Source of the DNA: Eledone cirrhosa
Lineage: Eukaryota
DNA length: 64,000 nt
NCBI GenBank assembly: GCA_964016885.1
Contig: OZ024743.1
Span: 27,032,001 to 27,096,000 of the forward strand
Direction of reading: 5' to 3'
Shown here: positions 38,758 to 50,360 of the stretch, piece by piece
How positions within the stretch are numbered: position 1 is the stretch's first letter
Layout: each line of letters starts with the position of its first letter
Program-made: the position numbers and the translations under genes
The notes under the pieces: generated by a model
The model's input: only the letters and a program-made list of their open reading frames with translations
The model's database searches: none
Told to the model about the DNA's origin: nothing

Positions 38758-39457
38758 TAAATGGTGCATCTTTGACCTTATCATCGAATGTACTCTTCTT
38801 CCCTTTTAAGATGTTAGTGTGTTATTTGAAGAAAATCTGGCTGTTATTTTCCAGCCCGCCGAGTGGAAATATAGAGTTATCCTCATTGATCGGATCTTTC
38901 TTGTGAAATAGTAAACCGGTGAAATTATAAAAAAACCCATTAAACTAAACCATAACTTTAAGCCATATTAACTTGCTAAACCATCAATTTGAGAAGTCAT
39001 AATTAGCGGTACAGGGTGCAAAGGTGTTTTGATGTTTAAGACGACTGAAAACTATATACAGGGATGAGACAGAAATCAATATTTAGGGATTTTACTTAAA
39101 TTGCTGGAACTACATTAAAAAAAAAAAGGTGTCGAATTGGCAGAGTCGTTAGAGCAAAAGATTAGATGCTTTGGGGGTATATATTCCGATCCTTTGTGTC
39201 ATGAGTAAAATTTCCACCAAGGTAAAAAAAAAACAAAAAAAAACACTCATATAGTTTATTGTTAGAGCCTCGGGCCAGATGCTTTGTGGTATTTGTTCCC
39301 GCTCTCTGGTGTTCTGAGTTTAAATTCCGTAGCCTGTTCAACTTGCACTTGACCTTTGAGGCCTGAAATCATCGTCCTACAATAGTTCGAACACTACTGG
39401 GTGAAAACATATCTGAAAAAGAAGCTGTATTATAAATAAACAACGATTTTGGGTGTA

Positions 39458-39511
<54 letters not shown>

Positions 39512-39733
39512 AATTAAGTTAAAAATGTACATCTACATATGCATACTGAAATACTAGTATGCATATGAATACACACACGTATACATATGTAGATGTAACA
39601 AGTCTTTCACTGGTTACTTTACTGTGAGTAACCCAGCTATTCTGTATGTAAACACAGAGACAAACCGGTTTTTAGAGTCATACTGGTTTTCGAGGAAACA
39701 CCTTTCCTCTATTCTCCAGAAAGCCAGACAAGG

Positions 39734-39778
39734 AATATTGAACTAGTTTCGTTGTTGTTACAACTCATCAGCAATATT
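39734..39778 (-). ncRNA. Minimal type-I hammerhead ribozyme (mirror copy)
   Basis: Exact reverse complement of 40084-40128. Confidence 0.8.
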
Positions 39779-40083
39779 TACCTATCTACCGGCCTTTCTG
39801 GAGAATCGTAAAAGCACATATCGTTATATGCTTTTTCTATGAAAATTAGTAGTGGGCAGACTAATTTGCATAGAGTGTGAGTACGCACCGGTTCAGCGGA
39901 GACGATAAAAACAAATAACGAAACGAAATTTAATTTCGTTTCGTTATTTGTTTTTATCGTCTCCGTTGAACCGGTACGTACTCACGCTCTATGCAAATTA
40001 GTCTGCCCACTACTAATTTTCATAGAAAAAGCATATAACGATATGTGCTTTTACGATTCTCCAGAAAGGCCGGTAGATAGGTA

Positions 40084-40128
40084 AATATTGCTGATGAGTT
40101 GTAACAACAACGAAACTAGTTCAATATT
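40084..40128 (+). ncRNA. Minimal type-I hammerhead ribozyme
   Basis: aatattg-CTGATGA-gttgt(aaca)acaac-GAA-ACTAGT-T-caatatt: 7-bp stem I, 5-bp stem II, palindromic stem III, GUU site. Confidence 0.82.
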
Positions 40129-40417
40129 CCTTGTCTGGCTTTCTGGAGAATAGAGGAAAGGTGTTTCCTCGAAAACCAGTATGACTCTAAAAACCGGTTT
40201 GTCTGTGTGTTTACATACAGAATAGCTGGGTTACTCACAGTAAAGTAACCAGTGAAAGACTTGTTACATCTACATATGTATACGTGTGTGTATTCATATG
40301 CATACTAGTATTTCAGTATGCATATGTAGATGTACATTTTTAACTTAATTGTTTAAGCGTCAGTCATACAAAAGTGAGTTACAAACGAAACGAAATTTAA
40401 TTTCGTTTCGTTATTTG

Positions 40418-40487
<70 letters not shown>

Positions 40488-40508
40488 ATAAAAACACCAT
40501 GTTATTTA

Positions 40509-40570
40509 TTCATTCTGATGACTGAAGACAGATATAAATATCTGCCTTCAAGAAACCACTGGTAAATGAA
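40509..40570 (+). ncRNA. Type-I hammerhead ribozyme in a ~120-bp TA-flanked insert (40486-40608)
   Basis: ttcatt-CTGATGA-c tgaag a cagatat(aa)atatctg c cttca a-GAA-ACCA c TGGT-A-aatgaa; closing pair of stem II mismatched. Confidence 0.72.
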
Positions 40571-40603
40571 ATAATTATCTTATGTTGTTTATTACATAAC
40601 TAA

Positions 40604-40641
<38 letters not shown>

Positions 40642-40697
40642 TAATTATAATGAAATGACAGGAGGCTGGATTTGTGTAAATCCTTGAAAGGTTTATT

Positions 40698-40755
40698 ATA
40701 CTATGATCATTTCAATGACCGGGTTCCGTATGAATCCGGTGATATCATCAGGTAT
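40698..40755 (-). ncRNA. Type-I hammerhead ribozyme
   Basis: Minus strand atac-CTGATGA-tatc accggattc(atacg)gaacccggt catt-GAA-ATGATCAT-A-gtat; palindromic stem III, AUA site. Confidence 0.72.
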
Positions 40756-41128
40756 TCGAAATATAATACGTGAATGTAATAGGTAAAATCCATGGGGCTG
40801 AAAATCGAGACCCGAGGGCGACCGCTATTCTGTTCCTTCAACCTCAGCCGGTCGCCCTGGAGTGACGTGGCTAAATTTTATAGTATGCTACTACCGGTCA
40901 GATGAACGAAAACAGAAAGAGATGGGAGCATAGGTTAACGTCGATCCCATGACACAAGGTAAAAGAAAGAAAGAAAGGAAGGAGAAGAAGGGGGAAGAAA
41001 GAAGAAGAAGAGAAGTCAGGGTTAATGTCAGCTAAAAGAGGAAGGTAACTACTACTGGTCAGATATAGGCAAGCAAGAGGGGGAAGGAATATAAGTCTGC
41101 AGGGAGGAGAGGAGAGAAGGAAGGGAAG

Positions 41129-42148
41129 AGAGAAGTAGAAAAGTAAGGGTTGATGGCTACAAGAAGGAAGATAGAAAGGAAGAGGAAGAAAGGTCGATAT
41201 TAATGTCAGACCACAGTCAAGCCAGGAGTGACGCGAGAGAATTTTCACAGGGACCCGCATCTTAGCGGAGATGGATATATTGGGAGTCAGTGTTTTACAG
41301 TGTTTAGACTTCTAGGATGAAGTTAAAAAAATTTAATAATCAATATTCAATATTAAAGAGGTTAGAAAATTTAAAGTTCAACAGTTTAACAATTAATTAT
41401 ATAATAGTTCCGATTTGTTCTGTAATTTAAAGGTACTATTTGGCGGTTAAAACAACGGCCGCGCCCCGGGCCCCATGGCGAATTAAGCCACGCCGAGTAT
41501 TTTCATTTACTGAAAGAAGGGGAAATTTATTTTTCCAAGCACTCTAGGTGAGCTCGTTCGCCACGGAGCTGGTCGCGCCGCCATTAAAACCCACCCAACA
41601 GTCCGACAGAAAGTTGGAACTTTAAAATTTAGCTTAGAGAAGTAAAAGAGTAATGGTTGATAGCTACAAGAAGGAAGATAGAAAGAGAGAGGAAGGAAGG
41701 TCGATATTAATGTCACACCACAGTCGGGCCAGGAGTGGCGCGACAAAATTTTCACAGGGACTCGCATCTTAGCAGAGGTGAATATAATGGGGGTCAGTGT
41801 GTTACAATGTTTAGACTTATAGGATGAAGTTAAAAAATTAATAAATTAATAATCAATATTCCATATTAAAGAGGTTAGAAAACTTAAAGCTCAACAGTTT
41901 CAGGTTGATATATATAATAGTTCCGATTTGTTCTGTAATTTAAAGGTACTATTTGGCGGTTAAAACACCGGCCGCGCCCCAGGCCCCATGGCTAATTAAG
42001 CCACGCCGAGTATTTTCATTTACTGAAAGAAGGGGAATTTATTTTTCCAAGCACTCCAGGTGAGCCCGTTCGCCAGGGAGCTGGTCGCGCCGCCGCTAAA
42101 ACCCACCCAACGGTCCGACAGAAAGTTGGAACTTTAGAATTTTGCTTA
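41129..42148. repeat. ~507-bp tandem duplication
   Basis: Units 41129-41635 and 41636-42148; also 12-bp ttcagaataaca x4 (~42174-42221) and a 70-bp dimer (~42458-42597). Confidence 0.88.
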
Positions 42149-43414
42149 ACTCTATCGGATGAAGTTGAAAGAATTCAGAATAACATTCAGAATAACATTC
42201 AGAATAACATTCAGAATAACATTATGAAACTAAGGAGTAAGAGGATTGAGAATTGAACAAACAGAAAATTGAAGATTAGACATTCAAATAACTTCTATGA
42301 GGTTTTGGGTTGCGGGGTTTAATTAAATAGTCTTTTATGAAGAAACGTTAATTGTATTATGTAGATTTGTAATTTATCCTAGTGGGATGTAGAGTACGGG
42401 ATATAGTCGTGTAATGTTTAATTTTTGTTCTCAGGAGGAGACATTCTAGTGTCGTGTGCTAATGGGTACAGGTCCCAATGTGAGGAGTAGAAATACATGG
42501 ATACATAGAAGTGGAATACGTGGAAGAGCTAATGGGTACAGGTCCCAATGTGAGGGGTAGAAATACATGGATACATAGAAGTGGAATACGTGGAAGAGCA
42601 CATTGGTACAGCAGAGGTATAAATATATAAACATATCAATATATAGGTATAAACATGTAAATAAACCAACAAGAGTGGTGTTGGAGTAAGATGGAGAAAT
42701 CAGGACATTAATACAGCAAACAAAGATGTGAAGATATAGATAAACAAACAATAGTCGTTGTCTAGTAAATGTAGAGTTCAAGAGACAGGAGAAATACAAT
42801 ATAGTTCGGGTTGCGGTATTTATGTTCCCAGGGGGAAATATTCCAGTGACGTGTGCTGAGGGTACACGCGAGTAAAAGTCCGAATAAGGGAAGTAGAAAG
42901 TACATGGATAAGGATTTACACAAATCCAGCCTCCTGTCATTTCATTATAATATTTAACTCCGTAATAGCACCACCAACTACAAAAACAAAGACGGTTGAA
43001 CTGCTTTACGTTGAGTACTCTCTATATTATTGCATTACGATTGACCATACGGAATAGACCAGCTCTATACAGTGGTGAACCTCAAACCTGAATAAATATA
43101 TATACATATATATATATAAAACAACCAATCAAGGTACCCGCCTCTCACTCGTATGTTTTGTTCAAAACTGGTTAGAAGTGCCGCATCAGGTAAAGATGAT
43201 ACATATTTATGTCGATCACAAGTAAATACATTCTTTCTCCCAGGGGAATATTACTTTTTGAGTTTGTTTTTGTTTTTAGTTATACAAATATAAACATTCC
43301 TTTTCGCATATTTTGACCTTCTGAGATTTCCTCTGATTTTTTGGTTGGATTTAAAGTATCAAGTTTTTCTTTGGTAAAAGACATTCTTAGCTGTCGTAGT
43401 TGGTAGCATTTGTT

Positions 43415-43830
43415 GATTGGCAATATCGGTCGGTAGAGCGTCAGACACCATGCTTTTTAGAATAGAGTTATGGCCCTTTACGTTCTGAGCTCAAATCCTG
43501 CCGAGGTTAACTTTGCTTTTTCATCCTTACGGGGTCGATAAAATAAAGTACCAGTAATGCACTGGAATAATTGCTGGCCTTGTGCCAAAAGTAGAAACAA
43601 TTATTACCGTTGTTCAGGGTGGTGGATTGGAAGAAACATTAGTGCGTCGGAACGCATTTCAGAATTTCGTTACGACCGTCTACGTGTCGAGTTCAAATCT
43701 TGCCGAGGTTAATTTTGCTTTCATCCTTCAGGGTTAGAGTTAGGGTAAAATAATGTACCAGTCATGTATTAGAGTCATTGTAATCGACCTTCCCCTTCTC
43801 ACAAATTCCTGGCTGTGTGACAAATATAGA
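43415..43830 (+). mobile_element. Two tandem family A SINEs
   Basis: A/B boxes and conserved body. Confidence 0.8.
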
Positions 43831-44349
43831 AATTATTATTACATGTTGCTTTCTTTCGCTGTCACTCTTATGTATTCAGACAACGATCTGCTCTCCTTTT
43901 GTGAGAAACAGTTGTTCTTGATAAAATACCTTCGTTGTTAGTTGAAGAATCTTTTAATAGCTTTCAGACTTGCGTTTTATTACCCGTTTACCAAACACCT
44001 ATAACACGACCACCACCAACAACATTATAACCCACCATGATTAAGCCAACACTATTGGCAGTGCTAACAACACCACCACTAACTTGATACTTCTCAATAA
44101 ACAAAAAAAATTCTGTTTTGTGATGAACAAATTGAAAGTTGTCAAAGAATTGTTTTAGGAGAAAGATGTACTGTTGTTATTCCATTAGTTCAAAATTGTT
44201 TTCTACACACAATAATGATATCGTTGATTTTATTTGATATATTTTAGTTGATTTTACAGTTTTTCTAGAGTTGAACAGCTGATTGTTTGTAATATATTAA
44301 CAAATGTCTCCCAGAATTTTCAATATCCATTCTCGCTATATAATTGAAC

Positions 44350-44625
44350 AGATTAACCCAGGTTCTGCTGCCCGTCGGGTTGAGGAGGCCAAACTCCTCA
44401 AATACCGGTCGCTCTCCAACAGGTTTGCGGTTGTACCCTTGGCAGTGGAGTCTTCTGGTGTCCTCGGCCCTAGGGCTACCTCCCTACTCACCACCATAGG
44501 CGCTGAGCTGGCCAGTCGCAGGTGTGAGCACCGCGAGTTGGAGTGGCTTTTTCAGCGCGTCTCTCTTGCCGTCCTCCGGGGAAACGCCTTCGCCATTCTG
44601 TCCGCTGGGGCTGTGGGGAAACAAG
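44350..44625 (+). mobile_element. CRE-clade non-LTR REL-domain 3' fragment
   Basis: GSAARRVEEAKLLKY..VPLAVESSGVLG..LFQRVSLAVLRGNAFAIL. Confidence 0.8.
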
Positions 44626-44684
44626 CCGATTATATTACGAATTCTGTTGAATAGTCTTAAATACGATTATCTTCCCATATAAGG

Positions 44685-45104
44685 AGTTAGTGTGTGGAGT
44701 CTATGCTTGTTTATGGCTCTATCACTTGGACGCTAACGTCGAAACTGGAGAAAAAGCTAGACGGGGCATACACACGTATGCTCCGCGCTGCTTTAAACGT
44801 GTCTTGGAGGGAACACCCAACAAATAAGGATCTCTATGGCAATATACCACCTATCAGCAGGTCAATACGTGGACAGAGACTCAGATTTGCTAGCCACTGT
44901 TGGCGCAGCAAGGAAGAAATAGCAGGTAATGTGTTGTTATGGAGTCCATCTCATGGAGCAAGAAACGCTGGTCGTCCCAAGAAGACATACGTCAAGCAAC
45001 TTGAGGACGATACTGGATGCACTGCAGAAGAACTGGCAAACGCTATGAGAGACAGAGATGGATGGAGGAAACGTGTCGTAGAAAGCCGAGCAAGCTCGAC
45101 CTGA
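44685..45104 (+). mobile_element. RTE LINE 3' fragment
   Basis: ESMLVYGSITW, YTRMLR, RLRFASHCWR, GRPKKTY, MRDRDGW. Confidence 0.85.
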
Positions 45105-45391
45105 TGTTGGAGTAAATAGCTTTGATGACGTTATCTACGTTAAACACTTATCTGTTAATATTGTTACTGTTGTTATTTGCCTAAATCTATTTATTTTTAG
45201 TATAACGACATCAAAATGATGTTATCCGATGTGATTAACTAGTTCATTTATTCCTATCTACTTTCATTGAACCGATATTTGGTTTCATTGACTGATGAAT
45301 CTTTCTTTCAAGTGTTAATTGTTGAAACTGAAAAGGCTGACAATTCAGAGCAAGCTTCATTTTGAAAAGACAATTTAAGAAAAAAAGGAAT

Positions 45392-46017
45392 AGGCTACGT
45401 AGCCGGTCCCGGCAAAATAGACAAAGATGTTTTTAAAGCTTATTTTACCAGTAAACCCTAAAGGGACGCAACTCTATCCGGGGTCCCGGAAGCTTATTTT
45501 ACCACTAAATAATTGTTTCTACTTTTGGCACAAGGCCAGCAATTATCCAGTGCATTACTGGTACTTTATTTTATCGACCCCGTAAGGATGAAAGGCAAAG
45601 TCAACCTCGGCGGGATTTGAACTCAGATCGTAAAGGGACGTAACTATGCTGGAAAGCATGGCGTCCGACTCTCTACCGATACTGCCAATCCACCGCCTTT
45701 TTACCACTAAATAATAAATAGAATACATGTAGTGACTACTGTCTTTAACCCAGGTCGTGACTTTCTGCTAAAATTCTTAAGCCATGGAACTCAATAGATG
45801 TGTGTGTGTGTAACTCAGTAGATGTGTGTATGTAACTCAGTAGATGTGTGTGTATATAACTAAAGAGTAACGTACGTTACGAATGGATGACTAAATGATT
45901 TTAACTTGTTTTTAACAATTGATGGTGGGAAAGATTTCAAATTGTCTTAATAGTTGTCTTAATTCAGGCCGCAACATAGCCTGGTAATATATTTTACCGG
46001 GACCGGCTACATAACCT
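45392..46017. mobile_element. MITE with 28-bp TIRs, containing a SINE insertion
   Basis: aggctacgtagccggtcccggcaaaata (45392-45419) vs reverse complement of 45990-46017, 3 mismatches. Confidence 0.75.
45514..45697 (-). mobile_element. Full-length family A SINE with 17-bp TSD
   Basis: ttttaccactaaataat at 45497-45513 and 45699-45715. Confidence 0.9.
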
Positions 46018-46289
46018 CTTTCAAAAAAATAAAAAAAAAAAGATCGTGGAGCAGATCTCAACATAAATATAATGGTTGAAGTAATTCGCATTGACGAGAC
46101 AAACTGGGAGTGAAATTGAGAAGAAGGAAACTGTTTGGAAGTCCTTCAAATGAGCTGTACTTGTGATTCAAAGAGCCAAACCTGTCACACAATGTGTCAC
46201 TGTGAATCTCTTGGAGAATTATGTTAAGGGTACACGTGTCTGGGGAATCCTCAAAATATCCCTCCGAGGCACAAGTCCGCGCTAGGTTG

Positions 46290-46545
46290 TTTTTGGAAGA
46301 CCAGCAGTCACCCAAGCATACCAGTCTCCCCTCTCCACGCCACCAATGTTGTTCAAAGGAAAGGCAAGGACCGGCGCAGCCTGGCATCAGTGACGTCGCA
46401 ACTCATTTCTACAGCTGAGTAAACTGGAGCAATGTGAAATAAAGTGTCTTGCTCAAGAACACAACGCAAAGCTCGGTCCGAGAATCGAACTCACAACCTC
46501 ACGATTTTAAGCCCGACGCTCTAACCACAAAGCCATGCACCTTCA
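46290..46545 (-). mobile_element. Full-length CORE-type SINE (family C)
   Basis: tRNA-like head (rc gcatggctttgtggttagagc..gagttcgattctc), CORE-like body, reverse of 6300-6490. Confidence 0.8.
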
Positions 46546-47124
46546 CGGTTGTGGCGGTACTGTTTATATAATATTCATTATTAAGGTTAATAACCACTAT
46601 CGACAGCTAACATCCGCACTGAAGTACCAAAACTGACATTCTGTGATTGTTTGACATTTGCCATTCCTTCTTAGATACATTCTACCAGTGTTGTATGTGT
46701 GTGTGCGCGCGTGTCAGTGTGTATATATGTATGCATGTGAGCATGTGTGCATGTGTGTGTGATTGTGTGTCTTTGTGTTGTGTGTATGTGAAGAGAAACT
46801 TACTGTTGGATGAGAGTGGTGTAAGATAATGGAAGCAGTCAATTTCTCCACATTCCAACCATAGTCAAGTTTCATAGTATCGCTTAAATAAAAACTTAAG
46901 ATCTTTAAGACTGAATTAAAATAATCGATGAAATCAGTGTAATATGAACATATGACAAAAGACAAGCATTCATGTATACATGCAAGCACACACTCACCTA
47001 CATACATACACACACACACTTTTACTTGTTCCACCTATAGAGTTGTGGCATTTTTCTTAGTACACCTTCTTTAAGAAACTGTAGTTAATTCACATTTCAT
47101 CTCAAGCTGATTTCTGAAAAGGAC

Positions 47125-47808
47125 GATAAGAACTGGAGATACAACCACAATCTTACAGTGACGAATTTGTAAACCGTTTGAATTTGACCATGCGGAAAAA
47201 TATGATCATAAAGCATAATATATTCTTGAAAACTCCCATGTAAAAGTACTATGGAATATGAAAATCCAAGCGAATATGCAAATGGTCGCTTCCAGATATT
47301 TCTATATTCAATAAAGGAGAGCAGGCGTATTGGTTAATCAATACTGCTTGTCCGTTTTATACAAGAGAGGTCGACAAAGAACGAGAACTGATAGAAAAAT
47401 ATGAAGACGTAAAATAGAAAATGCAGAGCTGCTGGAATTACAGTAAAGGTTGCTATCGTAGACCCGTCAACTCTTCCCGTTTGGCGAGGAGATCTCCTAC
47501 CCACTTTGGGGTGGGTAAGAGATATCTTCTCTTGTGAAAATGGGTATAGCTTTCATTATGTAAAATCTCCTCATTTTGCCTCATTTCTCTCCGTTTTGGG
47601 TCACTTTTTTTCATGGTACTCCCCGTTTGGGTCTTTAGAGGCTGGCAGGTTTGTTATCGTCTCTATTGTAATAGGAGTCTTAGTAACAGTAACAATAAGT
47701 TTATATGATTGGTTGAGGAGGTGTGCTATAGAAGTGGATTTCTCGACTCTAAAAAGAACTTGTTTGCTTGGCACAGCAAGAATCACGAGAAAGGTGCTAG
47801 ATAGCTAA
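47125..47808 (+). mobile_element. R4/Dong-like non-LTR REL-domain 3' fragment, interrupted by a MITE
   Basis: ILEN..VKVLWNMKIQ, PDI, ACPF..E.IEKY, IVIG..LKRTCLLGTARITRKVL*. Confidence 0.78.
47460..47652 (+). mobile_element. Uninterrupted ~190-bp MITE (cagacc family) with 8-bp TSD
   Basis: gctatcgt (47452-47459) / gttatcgt (47653-47660); TIR agacccgtcaac / gctggcaggttt; 8-bp TSD suggests hAT. Confidence 0.78.
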
Positions 47809-47879
47809 GACTTCTCTAAAATTTGAAAAACAAAGTCTGATCATTGATCACTGAAATATCATTCTACTGTTACTATTAC

Positions 47880-48972
47880 ATCAGAATCATCTGAAAATTC
47901 ATCGAAATCCCATCTTTATCCCCCACGAATAATAGCCACGACATTTCCAACTAAACTTTCTATCTTGAATTTCTTTGGCCGCAGACAACCTATATGCCAC
48001 CACTCCACTGATTGTTGCTTAATCTCTGGATCATAGTGGTGTGACCATATTTCATCAACAGTAGCAAGTCCTTTCAAAACATTATTCTGAGATCACTGAA
48101 CTTACTACCAAATCCAATTTAAGGTCCCCACTCGATTTCGTATCAGTATTTAAGTATTTCAGCACCCACTTGACTGACAGCTTCTACATGCCCAAATGCT
48201 AAAGAATTATAAATCCAACGCGTTTACTGGATCTTTTCACCAATTGCTTTGGCCAAGAATTGTCGATCAGTCAAGATTAGGTTATGGACTTGGTCAAAAA
48301 TCAAAATAGTTGACACCATTGATTACTTTCCAGACCATGACTCATTTTCAGTTTCAAAATCTCCACACTAAAAGTTGGCCTACCACTTCCTTAAAGTTGA
48401 GTAGGATGGATACTTCTCGTTCTGAGGAATCAATGGAAGGCACTGAATCGCTTGTAAACTAAAACAGGATGATCAAAACTTTTGGCTATATGGGGCTCCA
48501 AAACTGGATCAGTCACCCGTGAATGTGGAGAAGCAAACCAGGCTATAGCGTACTGCCTTGTTTGTTCTTTGCAACCCAACGTATGCAGCTCAAAAGACCT
48601 TGAAAACTTCAATGAAAATGTAAAGAGCTGTGTGGAGAGGTGGAAAGCTGTTATATAACCACCGTACTTGTTTCCAAGACAAGAAGAACGAATGTTTGAG
48701 TAATACACTCACGAATTTATTTTATAATTTTCTTCTGCAAGAACAGGAACTTCATGACAGTTCTGAGTTTAACATTTGAAAATTCTACATTTAACATTGA
48801 CATATTTAATTTAATCTGAAAAACAAAACCAAAACAAATAAAAAAAGAAAATCAGTTTTTGCATATTGGTACTTTACACCATAAAAAACGCTATTTCCGG
48901 CTACCGTGACAAACATGCACTCAGAGTTTGAGAAATCGTTTAAACCGAGAACCTTTCGACACCCGCCTTGTA
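47880..48972 (-). mobile_element. Decayed mariner element
   Basis: Minus strand TVDEIWSHHYDPEIKQQSVEW..RPKKFK; TIR-like tacaaggcgggtgtcgaaaggttctcgg at ~48945-48972. Confidence 0.72.
48435..48700 (+). mobile_element. Non-LTR 3'-end fragment (Cys-knuckle C-terminus) nested in the mariner
   Basis: WG..ECGEANQ..CLVC..P..CSSKDL..VERW* followed by a short (GAA)-like tail. Confidence 0.45.
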
Positions 48973-50139
48973 TTTCTGTATATGCAATGTACCAATGTGT
49001 GCGTAGATACATCTAGAAACATCCATCAAAGATATTTTGCCCTTAGTTTGTGTATTTATGTTGTGATTTTCTCCAATGTATATCATATACGAATTATTTT
49101 AATTATTTTCATTCAGGGATTTAAGAAAACAAGAAAAACCAACTTTGTTACATTATGCATTTTTCGATATTTGCAAGAAAAAATCGTCACAATGATAATT
49201 TGAAATAACTTTATTTAATAATGCTTTTTATGTTAACAATAGAAAAGGTTGACTCTCCACGATGTTACTACTTTTTATTACAATTAATTATAACCTTGTA
49301 AACTACTATTCCCACAATGTATCGGTGGAAGACAGTGGAACTTGTATTGAATTACATTAAAGTGTAAATATTCTGAGATAAAAGTTTTCCTACAAATCGC
49401 TAAAAACTTTAAATACAATTACTGCCGTGGTTATTCGATCGGAAGAGAAAAGAATTCCCAAAGAAAATTTTATTGATCTACGATTCTCACTCTGACAGAA
49501 ATTAGTTAATGTCGTTAACGGTAACAACAATACGTAGTTAGTAGTTGACTGCACCGAAACTATTAATAAATCCATCTACTTAGAAGTTTATCCGCTACCT
49601 AAATTAGACGACTTCGGTAATCAAATATTTTCTTACTAGATAATTAGTACTATCGACTTACATAGCTCGTACCAATTTGCTGCGTTACTTTCCGTGAACG
49701 ATAATTATAAATTTTAAATTATTTTCTAGGTCATAGAATTAGCCACAAAATATTGCATCCTGGCCCTTCAAGTTTTATTTCGTATGATAAGTCTATTGTT
49801 TCCGTAACCTATAACAATATTACAGTTTTGGTGGTCTTATTCGCGCCAGTCACCAATCTGGAATTTTTATCAAACCCACGAAGACTAGGCTTATTTAGAG
49901 GCGGCCTCTACTCACCTCGTTGTAGCTACATCACTGGATTGTGATTGTTTTTTGGGGAGATAAAGGTATCATCTATTGCTCTATCTCTTATAGTAGTTTT
50001 CTACTGTTGATCCAAGGCTGCTTACTTGTCCGAGAGAAGCCCCCTTATGTGGCAATTAACCTTCATATCTGGTGGTCATATCGCTATCCACCACATGCGA
50101 CCCGTTCTCTAGCAGGACAGTTCTGCTGAGTGTTGCAGA

Positions 50140-50360
50140 GGCTGGTGCAATAATGTGCCAGCTTCAGTATTCAGTCAAAAGCCAAACTCGCTATCTGCAA
50201 TTCGGGATTGGTCATGAATGTTGAGTGATGACCAAAAAAATACGGTCGCGAATACAAGTGGCCGAAATGGGCTCCCTTTGAAGGGTCTTTGGAGTAATGT
50301 TACTCGGGAGAGTGTAGCTCGGAGATCATTAAGTCGTTCCAGGTAGAGCTGCTACCTGGT
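50140..50360 (+). mobile_element. Decayed RTE fragment (family of 10370-11135)
   Basis: KAKLAI, IQVAEMG motifs. Confidence 0.6.

Larger units (their letters stand above)
39507..40424 (+). mobile_element. Non-coding HHR-bearing fold-back element in (TA)n: 849-bp palindrome plus terminal direct repeat
   Basis: Arms 39507-39930 / 39932-40355 (4 mismatches seen), centre T39931; 41-bp direct repeat 39917-39957 = 40384-40424; (TA)n on both sides. Confidence 0.85.
40644..42951 (-). mobile_element. 2.3-kb non-coding element with perfect 42-bp inverted termini, an HHR and internal tandem duplications
   Basis: attataatgaaatgacaggaggctggatttgtgtaaatcctt at 40644-40685, reverse complement at 42910-42951; TA-rich context. 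Confidence 0.7.

Noticed and set aside
37963-38906. Poly-V, poly-L and poly-P ORFs
   Set aside because: Trinucleotide tract with no splice or domain evidence
40790-40880. Possible HDV-like ribozyme (GC stem followed by GG...GCTAA)
   Set aside because: I could not assign P2, P3 or P4 pairings; kept only as a hairpin
41455-41500. ggcgaatt/ggctaatt J4/2-like motif in the duplicated unit
   Set aside because: No upstream P1 partner found
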